Assembly (NCBI GenBank): GCA_964187785.1
Contig: OZ076417.1
Coordinates: 44,082,001-44,146,000, forward strand
Direction of reading: 5' to 3'
From: Amphiscolops sp. MND2022
Taxonomy: Eukaryota
DNA length: 64,000 nt
This document shows, one piece after another, positions 46,855-60,970 of this stretch. The notes beneath the pieces are model-generated. The model saw only the letters and a program-made list of their open reading frames with translations, did not search any database and was not told the DNA's origin. The position numbers and the translations under genes are program-made. Each line of letters opens with the position of its first letter. Position 1 is the first letter of the stretch.

Positions 46855-49610
46855 ATGTTAATTCAAGATAATATGTTAGTTTTTCTGCTTCTCTTCATTG
46901 TTCCTAAAAAAACTTTCATTTTATCTTTTTATCAAATATTTCTAATATTTCTAATCTATATATTTCTAATACCATTGACGTGTTTCTATTTTCTATATTT
47001 TACCGTACATTCTATTTCCACAGCAAGATACCCTTGGTTCAGGGAGACAACCCTCCATCCTTATGATTGGGCTGAATAATGACTGATACCTTGCTTGTAT
47101 TACTGCTTATTTATAACTTTACTTTATTTCATGTACAATATTCATTCGTCATTGTTTATAACTTTTGCTTGGCTTCAAACAAACTTTTCTCTCATAAATA
47201 ATGTTTCTTATTCAAAACAAGAGTGTAAGGCGGTGTTCAGCAAAAATTCGTATGTCCAAAACGGTATTTCGAGTTTTTTGTGAAACTGAATGAGTAATGT
47301 AACTTTTTTGGGTTTCAATAAACATTATCGACTTGTCGTTCCAGATTTCAGAAATTGCTATTCAATTCTCACTCAGAGAAGAGTATGCCTGTCAGACGTC
47401 GAACGAGGCCGACCAAAAGTACTCGATGCGGAACATCTATTTAAATCCACTCTCGCCACAATTTAGACACACTCGAACTTTCAAACTTGCTAGGCCTTTG
47501 GTATACTGGCAACTATTGAACGACAAAACGACAGCGACAAGATTTTGGAGCTTTTTGTCAGCTGAAATGAGGATCTGTTGGCGCAATAAGACAGCTTCCA
47601 ACGTGGAAACATTTCTTGAAAACATCGACTTGGTTACGAACCATGTATTCTGTGATATGTCTAAGAGGATCGAATCTTTCAATGAGTTCAAAACAACATG
47701 GAAGCTGAAGATGATAGAAAACGTCGACCGAGAGTATTTCCCGTCCCTAAAACGTCCAGTAGGCTGTGAAGAATTTATTGACGAATATAAGACGTTTATT
47801 CACCAATATAAGGGTTTTAGAATGAGAGACGCAGATTTGACCCCGATTAAAGGAACAAGGCCACAAGATCTCGAAGTGTTTTTGAACGATAATCAATATG
47901 CCCTCAACATTTACAAAGTTCTTGCCATTATTTGTGGAGGTATCTGCTTCAAAGAAAAAATGAAGAACGGTATCTGTAGGCCAAAACTGTTCGCCATTTC
48001 GTGTTAGTGTTTTTCTGTTCATTAACCACTTTCCAATGGAAAAACATTTCAACTGTTGGAAGACCAAATCTAAGAGGATCGAATCTTTCAATGAGTTCAA
48101 AACAACATGGAAGCTGAAGATGATAGAAAACGTCGACCGAGAGTATTTCCCGTCCCTAAAACGTCCAGTAGGCTGTGAAGAATTTATTGACGAATATAAG
48201 ACGTTTATTCACCAATATAAGGGTTTTAGAATGAGAGACGCAGATTTGACCCCGATTAAAGGAACAAGGCCACAAGATCTCGAAGTGTTTTTGAACGATA
48301 ATCAATATGCCCTCAACATTTACAAAGTTCTTGCCATTATTTGTGGAGGTATCTGCTTCAAAGAAAAAATGAAGAACGGTATCTGTAGGCCAAAACTGTT
48401 CGCCATTTCGTGTTAGTGTTTTTCTGTTCATTAACCACTTTCCAATGGAAAAACATTTCAACTGTTGGAAGACCAATTTATGCATAGTAATTCATAGGTC
48501 TTTTAATATTAAATTGATACATGTTTTGTTTCCAAACTCTGAAGGAGCATTTGACCGGTCGTGTAATACTAATTGACGTGCCACCACGCCAAAATGGCAC
48601 AAACGAATCGATTAAGAAATTAAATTCGTCGCTGGCACTCGATAAAGGATTCGGACACAAATTTTTTGAATCGCCTACTCCCTCAGCTGTAAATCCGCGC
48701 TCGGTAAAGACAAAGTTCACCTTGAGGCTGATGGCAAGTCTGAGTTGAAAAATATCAAAAACAAGTTATTATGTTAGTTTTTCCCCTTCTCCATTGTTCC
48801 TAAAAAACTTTCAATTTACCTTCTCTTTTATCATATATTCTTTAGCTATTACCATTGACGTTTCTATTTTCTATTATTTAAGGTACATTCTTTTTCCACC
48901 GCAAGACACCTTGATTCAGGGAGTCTACTCTCTATCCTTATGATTGGGCTGAATATTGAATGATACCTTGCTTGTATTACTGCTTATTTATAACTTTACT
49001 TTATTTCATATACAACATTCATTCGTCATTGTTTATAACTTTTGCTTGGCTTCAAACAAACTTTTCTCTCATAAATAATGTTTCCTATTCAAAACGAAAG
49101 TGTAAGGCGGTGTTCAGCAAAAATTCGTATGTCCAAAACGGTATTTCGAGTTTTTTGTGAAACTGAATGAGTAATGTAACTTCTTGGGTTTCAAAAACAT
49201 TATCGACTTGTTCCAGATTTCAGAAATTGCTATTCAATTCTCACTCAGAGAAGAGTATGCCTGTCAGACGTCGAACGAGGCCGACCAAAAGTACTCGATG
49301 CGGAACATCTATTTAAATCCACGCTCGCAACAATTTAGACACACTGGAACTTTCAAACTTGCTTGGCCTTTGGTATACTGGCAACTATTGAACGACAAAA
49401 CGACAGCTCCAAGACTTTGGAGCTTTTTTTCAGCAGATTTGAGGATCTGTTGGCGCAATAAGACAGCTTCCAACGTAGAAACAATTCTTGAAAACATCGA
49501 CTGGGTTACGAAGCCTGTATTCTGTGATATGTCTAAGAGGATCGAATCTTTCAATGAGTTCAAAACATGGAAGCTGAAGATGATAGAAAACGTCGACCGA
49601 GAGTATTTCC
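46855..49610. repeat. Older diverged direct duplication (~0.9 kb, offset ~1877 bp)
   Basis: 46855-47750 resembles 48760-49610 (TTATGATTGG at 47061 and 48938), with many substitutions. Confidence 0.85.
47660..48477. repeat. Essentially perfect 409-bp tandem duplication
   Basis: Identical ORF tails (SKRIESFNEF...LFAISC) at an offset of 409. Confidence 0.95.
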
Positions 49611-50832
49611 CGTGCATAACATGTCCAGCACTGTGTAGAATTTATTGTCGAACATAAGACCATAGACTGTGTTCATTACCTTGAAAGATTTTCCCGACCT
49701 TCAATCAATTCAGTTCCCACCCAAACGAGTTCTTACGAGGCATGCGACCAGACTACCGACAGCACAATGCACACTTTCCCGACTACGTACAGCCCCCCTG
49801 GAAACACCCATCTTCGCTAGTAAACGATAATGAAAGATTTTTGTTAACTTGTAGGGATCACGGTGTTAAAATCAATAATAAGCAGTATATACATATACCG
49901 GAGCATCCTGCAGGGAGGGTTTTCAGTCCATTTGCTGATGGTTTTGCTCCAGCTGTCTTGAGTACAAGAACAATGAAACCTTTCAGAGAAACCTATTCAA
50001 CGTCTTACAGAATGTTCAAGCTTGATGCTTCCTTGCCGGCTTGAATACTTATTTCTTGTCCGAAAATGGGGTTTTCTATAAAGTTTCCAACGAAAGTGTT
50101 GATCATGAAACATTTTACTTCCATAAAAAACAGAAAAACAGTTGGTTCTCAAACAGCTAAAGGATTGTCTCAAAAAACGGCCGAAGAACTGTTGAACTTT
50201 AGGAATGAAAAAGGCTGCAAATGGTTGATCACTTGAAAAGATTTTTTCAATATTTGTTCCGCTTGAAACAGTTGCCTTCATGCGTCGTACAAACGATCTG
50301 AAGGAACAACCCTTACCATTAGTTCCGGAAAATGACGAAATAGTTGCAGAACCCGATACGGACATTCTCCTGAATGAAGATCATCTTGACCATGAGTTTG
50401 AGGAACTAAACCAGAAGCTGGTCCATCTTCAAATGCGAACAATGCTTCTTTCGAGGAAAACGGTATAGAAACAAACATCAAATGGGAAAAATTTGACCAT
50501 TCTTGTCTAAAAGTTATGGATCGTAACTTGGGAGCACCATCTACAACCTATCCAGTAGGAAATACCAATGAAAAAGTTGTGAGTAATTGAAATGACAGCT
50601 AATTCCGTTTTAGCAAACATCAAGACTCTTGGAACGAGAACTAGGATATGCTTCTTTGTATGACATGTTTAATCGTCTTCCATCTCTTAACGTTATTAGC
50701 ATTCATTCGAGCGATATGCCCTTGGATAGCCCAGTTGACACTTGTCATACAGGCATTTCCAAGTTAAAGCGAAGAAATTCTTGGAAAATCGCTATTTTTG
50801 AAAAATTTGACTCAGATCTTTCGATGAAATGG

Positions 50833-51379
50833 AACAAGACGGGAACGTCTAAAGTCGGCGCTATGTCTAAGGCTCAAAAAGCGCAGTTTTCAAAATTGTA
50901 AAAGGGTCCCTTTCGACTTTTTGAAAATCCAGTTTGTTGCAAAATATCAGAATATGCAAGATTTGAAATTTTTGAAAAAACAACGAAAAATGAAAATTTT
51001 GAAACAGTCTCATAGTGCCGGAAAACTAGAAAAGGTAGACCCTTTGGGCTTTTTGAAACTTCAGTTTGCTGCGAAATATCAAAAAAAACTTGAAGGTGAA
51101 ACCCTTTGGCGACAAAAAAATCGAAAAAGTCCCATTGTGCCGAAAAAAATTCAAAGGTGGGGCACCCTGTAGTCCCGTCCGGTTTTGTAACTTCCGTTGA
51201 AAATTGAGTACACGAAAGGGGGGACCCTTTGCACTAACTTAGATGCGTTTCTGCTTGCCGTTCCAGTAGTTTAGTAGGTCTGTAGAAAAAGTGTCCACTA
51301 TGCATACATTGTTTTCTGACGAAAAAAAAACTTGCCACTGTAATAGTCGGGCTCATTTTAAAACGCGCCGACTAAAAAC
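50833..51379 (+). mobile_element. Family-A HINE-like copy inserted in the Helitron
   Basis: AACAAGACGGGAACGTCTAAAGTCGGCGC start; AGTCGGGC..GCGCCGACTAAAAAC end. Confidence 0.75.
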
Positions 51380-54300
51380 ATGTCCATTGCAAATATCTTC
51401 GGCCAAAATGTATCTTATTGCAGCAAACACCCTTGGCTTGCGATTTTCCTAAAAATTCTCATCTGTCACTTTGACTAACACTGTGTCCGTAAATCTGCTA
51501 GATTCCGCGAAGAAAATTGCGAAGGTGCTTTATGTGAATGAAAGACAACATGAAAAAGTATTCGTGGTTCTTTTTGCAGGAAATGAGTTCTTTTCCCTCA
51601 ATGAGTTGGAAACGGTTTATGATGAAGATGATACACATGACCACAATGAGGATCGTAGTTTAGACAGCAACGATCCCAGCACCACTTTAGCAGACGTTCC
51701 GGTTGATTCTGGAATCGTTAAAATTCAGAAAATCACGAAACTGATGCAAGCGCTGAAGCTGTGCAATTTGATTCACACCACGATTTGAGGACCATAGGAA
51801 GTCACGTGATCTTAATTTCTGTTTGTTCTCTTTTGAATAGACCAAGTAAACCAACACAATTCAAGACAAAGGAATGGGGTTTCATCTAGTCTTTCACTTC
51901 CAAGTGTCCCGGCGAAAGTGTTTTCGCGGATATTTTGTCCCATATCAGGTCGATTGAAAAAAATTTCCCTTCTTATATCCAGAAACCCTATGATGATTCA
52001 GTTCTTTGATTGTTTTTCGAATTTGAAAGAACGGATTCCACTGATAAAAACACTGATATGGAACGTAAAAAGCGGCGAATTTTTATTGAAGGCTTCATGC
52101 CACTTTTTATGAGATTATGGGAAAGGGCTGCTACATTTTTGATCAAATATTTCGAGGTCTCTACTGACAAGCCTCTGGGGACAATTACAAATATTTTCCC
52201 ACGATTTGAATTCCAGACATCCAAAGGCAACGCACCCCATTTACAAATTATTCATTGGACAGAAAAGAATTCTTTAATTAGGAAAAAAATTGCAGGGTCA
52301 TATAGACTAATACTCTATGAACTTTGAAAAAAAATAAGCAATCCAAAATGAGACCGATAATAAAATTAACGAGTTATTGTTTCTAGCGAAGTCTACGTTA
52401 AGCCACAGTTGTCAGAACGATTTCCGATGTCATAAAAAATGCAGCAGCAGTGGCAAAACTGGTTGTAGGTTAAAAATATTTGAGGCGTCCAATAAAACGT
52501 TTTTCGAACTGATTGAAAGACCACGTTCTGAAGAGGCCTGGGATATACTCAACGAATTGGGATTAGCAAAAGTAGTTGAGCGGTACCAAAACTTGTATGA
52601 GTTGTCCAACGAGATGCAAGCTGATAAGTTCAATTATGCTGCTGATTTCGGTGAGACCTCACCTGTAGTAACAGTTTTTCAATTGTTCAGTAGTATGAAT
52701 CGTCTTCTTTGTGATACAGTTATGTCCGCCGCCTATTTAGCAAAATATGCAGCTGAAGAAGAACATGCTGAAGACAACATAGGGGGAAATCAGATGACAC
52801 TGTCTGTTACCGTTGAAACAATGAAAAACATAATAGCAGGAGCGCAAATTGCTGCTAAAAATGAAAAGGAACAAACGTCAACATCAAAATGTAGAATTCT
52901 TATTTCTACTGAATGCTTATGGTCAATTTTAGATCTGAAAAATGTCTTTCCAACATACACCTGCGTTCATTTACACACAAAATCATTGGGAAACAGGGGA
53001 GAGTTCGTTCGGACAATTAGATACATTTCGTCTTTCCACTGTTAATCAGGTTCGTACGGTAAAAAAAACATTTGAAATCGAACCTTTCGAGAGACAAAGT
53101 ACCTTTGTTCCCAGTGCGACCACCTGAGTTTTTCGTTAACGATTTGGAATTTTTGTTCAGGCATTTTTCTTTCACCCAGAAATTGTTGCATGGAAGTTAA
53201 ACTCAATCATTGGGTGAAACGATAGATGGTTTGGGAAAAATGTGTGTTCGCGGCTACTCTGTAGAAACATTCAAAGAGCTTTTGGCCAAACGGAAATACG
53301 AATCTTCTTACAAATATAGTTTATTGCCTTGTTTTAATTCGATTTTTTTCCCAGTCCTGACACCGCTCAATTTTTCATTGACAATCATCCTGAATTCAGA
53401 AAACCAGCGGTTGTTGTTTTCCGAACATCATGCCAAAGCCTTATCTAACTATTTGATTAGTCTTCTTCTGGAGTTCGGTAGGTACGAAACAGTTTGATAT
53501 ATATGAGGGGGGTATTGTTTCCGCATACCAAGCGGGAGGTTTGATAAGGGATGCAAATTCTGTTACAGCTGACGAATTTGATTCAATTTTAAAAGTTTGT
53601 TTTGAAACGTTAACTTCGTACCGGGTTCCCATGTGTCACAGGATAGACGCCAAGTTAGCTCTTGGTCTCTTGTTGAATGAAGACGAAATGATGAAGACGT
53701 AATTGAAACACCTACGATTGTTCACCAAGCTTTACAGGATCAATATATTGACGAACTTCAGTTTCAAACAAATTTGACGTTAAAGGTCAAACACATTTTA
53801 ATGGAGATAAGCCCTCAATTGAGTATTTGCTGAACTGTAACACTGATTACACCCTTATATCAGACATTCGAGAACAGAATTGAATTTCAACGATGAACAG
53901 CAGGTTGTAATGGCTAGTTTGATAATTCGGATGACAAATTTCTAGCTTTTTGAAGGTTTGTTGAACATTTGTTTGTTGTGGGAATGCCGGGGTGCGGTAA
54001 AACGTTCGTAATAACTCATCTTCTTTATGTTATGTGTAAAGGATTGAACGTCATATTCACTTCCCTGAGCAGTGAACAGTGGATGTATTTTTCCGGTAAA
54101 CACTTACATTTGTTCGGTCTCCTCGTTTCGAATTGCCTTATTGTTGATCAAACTGTACAAAAGGCCCTTAAAAAATTGAAGTTTGACTCAGTAAAATTGA
54201 ATGTGCTAAAAAGGTTGGATGTGATTTATTTTGGGGAAATTGGTATGTCTGGAACCAGGAAATCTGGTTTGACAGCGAATCTGTCCAGGAGTTCGCTGCT

Positions 54301-55416
54301 ATTGACTTGATTCTTCAAAGCGTTCTTCGAAACTCGTTTCTTCAATTTGGAGGTGTTTTGATTTGCGCACCAGGAGCCCAAAACAATTACCACCTCCCCA
54401 GGGCAGATTAATTTGGACTTCGCCCTCAAAGCTCACAAGTGTCCGAATGTTTGCCCTTGAAAACTAAGTGCGAATGGTAGATTTAATAGGTCGGCAGTTT
54501 TTGATCATGTTGTCGTTGGAAGCTCAGATGAAGTGGAATCGAATCCTACAAGTAACTGGAAGGAATTTACAAATAAAAAATCTTCACCGATTGTGCTTAG
54601 AACCTCAAAAGTTTTGCTATGAAAATGCTTTGATGCGAAAAACCTGCAATTTACCAAAATTAAATGTTTCACAAGGCCAGATGTTACGACGGTGCCAATA
54701 AAATGGAAGTCATTGTCTCCCCGCCTAGTGTCAAGAAGCTACCACGTTCAAACGAAATTGGCCAAAACGGCTTCGAGAATGGTTGGTTTGAAATTGTACT
54801 CCATAAACCGGCCGGTTTTGTGCACAGCTACAAGGGGTCGTCTTTGAGGAGAACCCAATTCTCTCATAAAATCTTTATGGCAATGATGATTCAGAAGGCG
54901 ATGGGTGTAACAATTTTTAAGGTTGTACCAAAAATTTATTGTTTTGAACGATAGTATTGTCTCTTAGAAAAAGAAAAACTGTACGTTCTAGTAAGTTGCG
55001 TCCAAAATTTGAATGATTCGACATTTTGGGTGATAAGGAAACAACGTTTATTACAATTAAATGCATGTTAGGCCAAACTGCCCAATGGGACGTGTATACT
55101 GAAAAATTGGTCAAACAGCGTGTAATCAAGTCTCAATTGTTTTTCATTTCGCTAACACATCTTTCAAACCTCGTAAAGTTGATATACCACACACCAGGAG
55201 ACGTTGGGTTTGTTTAGCTCCTGGTGAGCACCAAAACATTTCGGTATCTCACGTAGGAGAAACTTGCAACATCAAGCGCAGAGTACGTGAGCATTATTCA
55301 GCTGTCAACGGATCGGCGTTACACAGTCACAGAGAGAATTGGACCATCTAATGATACTTCTGTTGTCTTCGGGAAGTTATGTTGAGCACTCCATTTCTAA
55401 CGGGTAGGGAGATAAC

Positions 55417-55593
55417 TACAGTCAACTCCGGTTAATTCGTATCTGGATAATTAATTCGAATCTTCGTCTAATTCGTATGCATCTAAACCCCATTTCGTGG
55501 CGACCAAAGTAATATCTGGTTATTTCGTTTTTCTCACTATTCGTACTATTTTATTCGGTCCCTAGCGATACGAATTAGGCGGATTGCACTGTA
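55417..55593. mobile_element. Tc1/mariner-type MITE (same family as 6305-6465)
   Basis: TACAGTCAACTCCGGTTAATTCGTATC...GATACGAATTAGGCGGATTGCACTGTA. Confidence 0.75.
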
Positions 55594-55799
55594 TCAGTGG
55601 TCGTTACATTGTTTTCTCGTTGTCAGTAATGGAATTAGATTCTTAGTTTCTCGGGCTCTTGCAGTTACTTCATGTCGGGCGTCGCTCGAGTTAAAAATGA
55701 CAACTTGGTTTGCATGCTTCGGTTACACTTGCTATATACTCTGAGGGGCTGTTTTGGCGTGCTGTGAAAGTTTCGCAAGGGTCTTAGTGTGCTCTGACA

Positions 55800-56330
55800 C
55801 TAGTTTTTTTTAAGTCGTGACGGAGATGCGCTGCCGATGACCGAACCGAGTACTCGATAGCCTTCCAAAATGTCAACATCTTTATTCCTGAAAAATTTCT
55901 TGGCGTTTCTTATGTTATTCCTTTTTGCTCCAAGGTGACACTTGGTGATGTGGTTTCCAAACGCTGGGCCGTGGAGTCGAGACAGTTCTTTCAGTTTTCC
56001 TACAGCGTTTCCGTCTTCGGCGCACCACTTCTGGACTAACTTCTCAAGCAACTTCACAAAAGGACAATTCCATGCAATGCCAGGGTCACCTTGAGTCGTG
56101 CCTTCTTGTGAATCACTTTAACGTTGACAAATAGGGGACAATGCGATGGATAAGAATTCTTCAGAGGGATGGACATACTACCTTTATGTTTTCGAGTGCT
56201 ACTTTTCTATCCAAACTGTTGAATGCATTGGTGGCGTCAATTAGGAGCATTTTGACATCTTACATTCACTGCTTTGAATGCAGGCAACGCTATAAGAACG
56301 AATAATCAAAAACAAAATACCAGCTGCGGC
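55800..56330 (-). mobile_element. Non-LTR RT fragment (CRE-like)
   Basis: SQEGTTQGDP (~56083-56112) and GYRVLGSVIGS; frameshifted. Confidence 0.55.
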
Positions 56331-57557
56331 TAAAAAAAAGATCATCGTTCAGCGTTTCAGTATTCCAGCTACTGCAGAATTATTACTGAGAAGCGTAATT
56401 TGTTTGGAGGGAGTGTTTCGAATGAAGAACCTACTGGGAATTCGATTTCACAGACTTTGTTCAGAAGGAAAACATCTGTATTCCAACAAAACTTGTCAAC
56501 ATCTAACCTGTTATGACAAGCAATGTAATGAAATAACTTAATCATTATAGTTTAGAAAATCTATACTTCGTCTATATACAAAAAGGTTTCAAATATACTT
56601 ATGCATAAAAAAATAAAAGATTAATCACTAGGATTTACGTGCTTGGCAACGATATAGTGAAATTAGAAACGGAAGGTAATGCAGTAAATTGGAAAATTTC
56701 ATCCACTTGCTAACGTTTTCAATATGTTTTTTATGGGACCGTTATTCACACTGTAAGGAGGCTCTGCAGGTTGTAGAGTATATGACACCCTAATTTTCTC
56801 AAACAAGCCCCAACTGCAACATGGGGCAGACGGTTTCTCTTCCAATGTGAACTGGGTTTCAGTACGCACAGTCCTCATAAGAAAATTAAAAAAGACAGAG
56901 AAAAAACTAACCTGAGATTCATCTTGAGTTTGAGATTTGTTAGCAAGAAGATCTTTGAAGGGACTTGGGCGGTCGGCAGATTCTTTGTCAAAGGTCTCCA
57001 TGAAACCTGAAAACAAACAAACTTCCTATGAGAAATCATAACCCAGTAAGTTCGATACTGACTTTTTTGTGGTGACTACGTGTATTATTAACTCTAAAAT
57101 TAGGGCCAATGTTTGTAAAATGTGTCTTTTACAGATTGAGCTGATTATGATTTATACGTAGAAATAAATCCTTTTTTTATACGCTGAAATAAAAGCTTCA
57201 TCTTACGTTTGCTTTGCAAGGCTACAACAATTTATCACCACAATCATTTTGCTATAACCATTCCATAGTTTCTTTTATCGGAGCTTAGTCGCTCCACAAG
57301 CTGGTGAAAGCCCTTTTCCACTATCAGATATCATGGATCTTCGTCATCAATCAAGTGCCATGTGTATCATTATGGATTACGTCCCGAATGACATAAATGC
57401 AAATAACAAAAATAAATTAATTCCCACAAAACATAAAACAATTAAGCGCTTCTGATAGGTTGAAAATTGAAATTCAACCTTGCGTTATTTTCTCGCTTGC
57501 GCTGAATCATTGTTACAGCCAATATGTTGGAACTTGATTTATTTGAAAAGGTTTGCA

Positions 57558-57699
57558 TATTTGTTGTATGGCTCGGTCGCTTCGCTCCCTTCGCCAAGTA
57601 GCAACATTGAGGCATGGCCATATGGCACGTCGCTCCGCTTCGCTTCGCTCCTGCATTTAGGGCACTAGGGGTATGTGAACATATCTGACTACGTTATAA
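57558..57699 (-). mobile_element. 142-bp short element (HINE-like), copy 1
   Basis: Reverse complement of 58283-58424 with one mismatch; GCGAAGC-rich. Confidence 0.75.
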
Positions 57700-58175
57700 T
57701 AATATTTCATTTTTATGTTAAATGGGAATTCAATGTACTTTTATGTTTTCTGGAAATTAATTTATTTTTATGTTATTTGCATTTGTCATTTGGGAAACCA
57801 CCTCATTATGTTGGGGGGAGAAGACACACACCCGTGGTCTGCAACGAAAGTAGGGAACCCCATACCAGCCACAATTACAGTAGTCACGTTACCCTAGTCA
57901 TCCGAAGAGTGTGAACTGGTTGCATTGAGTTTGATCGCCAGAGTATTCTATTGAAGTAACGATCTTGCCAAATCAGTTCAACTTGTCGATACATTTTGGA
58001 AATGAAGTTGAAGCTGAAGTTGTAAATGACGCTTTTTCTAACACTCAAAGCGTTCAGAATAGGTATGTCTTTAGTCGTGCTTGGAAAGTGTCATATGAAG
58101 GGCTCAATACAAGATCACATGGTAGTGAGTTCCACAATTCAGCGCCTGATACCCAGAAGCATCGTTTTCCATAGG

Positions 58176-58525
58176 GGGTGGGCGGAAATAGGTCGAAGGA
58201 ACGGGATCGAAAATCAGAGTTAGTCCTCAGGTCGACAATATCAAATTTTTGAATGGGATCGAAACAACTCGGATCGAAATTTTTATAACGTAGTCAGATA
58301 TGTTCACATACCCCTAGTGCCCTGAATGCAGGAGCGAAGCGAAGCGGAGCGACGTGCCATATGGCCATGCCTCAATGTTGCTACTTGGCGAAGGGAGCGA
58401 AGCGACCGAGCCATACAACAAATACGATAAAATTCGACCGTATTCCATTCGATCCCTGTAATTCGATCAAGAGGTTCGACCTCAGTCCTTTCGACCAGAA
58501 AAATTAGACCTATTTACAGCCACCC
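58176..58525. mobile_element. Mutator-like MITE with 9-bp TSD
   Basis: TIRs GGGTGG..AAATAGGTC / GACCTATTT..CCACCC; TSD TTCCATAGG at 58167-58175 and 58526-58534. Confidence 0.85.
58283..58424 (+). mobile_element. 142-bp short element (HINE-like), copy 2, inserted at a T-run within a MITE
   Basis: Interrupts the 58176-58525 MITE. Confidence 0.75.
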
Positions 58526-60970
58526 TTCCATAGGTATTGTTGGTAATTCTGACAGTCCATTTTCGTTCTCTGGAATTTCTCAGATCGTACTGATCAAGTT
58601 GCTGATACCTGAAAAACGGTACCGACAAGTAAATAGGCACAGGCAAGTCATTATAAAGACGGTGTACGAAGCATAAGATTTTGTACTTAATTCTTTTTTC
58701 AACAGGAAGCCAATGAAGTTCATTCAAAAGTAAGTTAACATTGGAATTTCTCTGGTGAAAAAGGAGGCATGCTGCTCTATTCTGAACTCTTTGCAATTTT
58801 TTAATCATGTAGTCCGGAGCACCATATAACAGTGAGTTACAACAATCTCGTCTACTGATAACGAAAGTGAGAATCAATAACTTTGTGAGATCGAAAGACA
58901 AATATTTTCGAATTGATGTTATCCTTCTGAGGTGATAGTAGGACTTCGCACATGTGCTATTGACGAAAGAAGAGAAACGTAACTTGTTATCCAAAGTAAC
59001 TCCCAAAACTTTGACACTATCTTTGATCTCAATTCTGATCCCATCAGTAGTGATTGTCTCGGGAAGGCGAGTTCTTTGATTCGTAACGAACATACATTGA
59101 GTTTTCGAACGGTTTACTTTTAATTTCAAGGCGGCTAATAGTTTCAAAACACTGGCAATTATCTTTTTATGTTTCAGGAAATTGGCAAAGGTTGTCCCCA
59201 GATCAAATTCCAAGTAAATCGTTATGTCATCGGCATAGATATGATAACTAGCAAGAAATTCATTAAGTAGAGACCTCAAAGGGAGTAAGTATAGAATGAA
59301 GAGCACTGGCCCTAAGATCGATCCTTGAGGAACACCTGTTTCAATAGATTTATCCTCAGAGTAGCTTCCATCAATAAGGACACATTGTGTTCGACCATTC
59401 AGGTAGGATTTTATCAAGGAATGCGCCTGACCAATAATCCCAATTTGAAATAAAATTGACAGAAGTATTTCATGATCCACGGTGTCGAACGCTGCTGATA
59501 GATCTAAGGATATCACCAAAAATGTACTCTTGTTGTTCAGGCCCCATAGAAGATTTGAAGTTAGGTCTAATAACGCTGTCTCTGTTGAATGATATTTCCC
59601 ATACGCGGATTGATGCTCGTCAAATACTGTATGTTTATCCAAAAAGCGTTTGAGTTGCAGAGCAATGACCTTTTCAATAACTTTGGAAGCGAAATGCAAA
59701 TTCGTGATTGGTCTGTAGTTTGATATTTCTTCGATGTCACCGCTTTTAAAAATTGGTGTAACTATCCCATGTTTGAAGGCAGTGGGGAAGACGGCATTAA
59801 GGAAAGACTCATTGATAATCTCAGACATCTGGTTGTAGAAAAATGACAACTTCTTCAGAATTTTGGAAGGCACATGTTGACTAGGTTGAGATTTCGACGA
59901 CACTTGATTGCTAACAAGCACTACATATAAGTTATCAACATTTTCAAAGGTTTCCAGGAAGTCTCCAGAGGCCGGGAATTTCAAGTCTACTAAAACTGGC
60001 GGAATGTTTTTAAGAATATTCTGAATTTTGGATAAGAAAAAATCATTAAATTTGTTTGCTAATTTCACACGAGGAAAGACCGAAGGTAGAGTTTGCTTCT
60101 TCTTAGATCCAAGGAGGGTTTCAATAGCCGCAAATTTCAGTTTCGACGTATCAGCATCATTAAGTTTCTTCTCCAAAAACCTCGAACGTTTTTTATGAAA
60201 AAGCTTGAAGTAGTTTTCTGTCGCAATTTGCATATGTAGTCTATCGATGGTGGACCGCGTTTTTCTGAACAATCTTTCCAATTGACGCCGTTTCCTCTTA
60301 AATTCTCTCAGTTCATTATCGTAAAAAGGGCAATCGTGTTTCGAAATAACTCTTTCCATTTCTGGAGCATGTTTGTCACTTATTAATTGAAGGGTTTACA
60401 AGAAACTGTCAACCAGAGGAGACCCTTCGATAGACCAGAGGTGATAAAAACAATCTTCATTGAAATCTACTAGGTCAACATTTTTCCAATTTCTGAATTT
60501 GACAACGGATCTCTCACGATTTTCCAGAAGTTGTTTTAGGCAGTCGAAATTTAACCAATTGTGATCCGATGTGGAGACACTAACAAGACATATTTCAAAC
60601 TTTTGTGGTTCAATGACAAGATCAAGAGTGTTACCATTTTTATGAGTAGGTAGTTCAACTGACTGTACAAGTCCAAACTCATCGAGAATATCTTTAAAAT
60701 CAGTCGAAGCTGGACATATTCGATTGACGTGAATATTGAAATCGCCACAACACAAGATGTATTCAGACGAAAATTTCACAAGTAACCCATGAAACTCTTC
60801 AAGAAAGAGTTTCAGGTTTCCAGAAGGTGGACGATAGCAGCAGATAAAAATTATGAGATAATTCAAGGAAAGTACTCGACAAGTAACAATTTCGAAGTCT
60901 TGGTTGCATGGATTTTGAATAACAGAAATAGAAATATCTTTTCTATGTATGAGAAGAATACCACCACCAG

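Larger units (their letters stand above)
47333..55200 (+). mobile_element. Degenerate Helitron-superfamily Rep/helicase element
   Basis: HUH Rep motifs FEFQTSKGNAPHLQ (~52200) and YLAKYAA (~52735); Walker A GMPGCGKT (~53980), LDVIYFGEIG, RTQFS...MMIQKAMGVT (helicase motif-V-like). Many stops. Assigning 47.3-50.8 kb to the same element is inference. Confidence 0.75.
58054..60970 (-). mobile_element. 5'-truncated L2/CR1-group LINE ORF2 (APE endonuclease + RT)
   Basis: YRPPS, GDFNIH, THKNGNTLDLV; NYRPITNL, DLSAAFDTVDH, GVPQGSILGP, YADD. Removing the MITE restores NTYGKRCFWVSGAELWNSLP...LKTYLF* (stop at 58054-58056). Confidence 0.92.
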
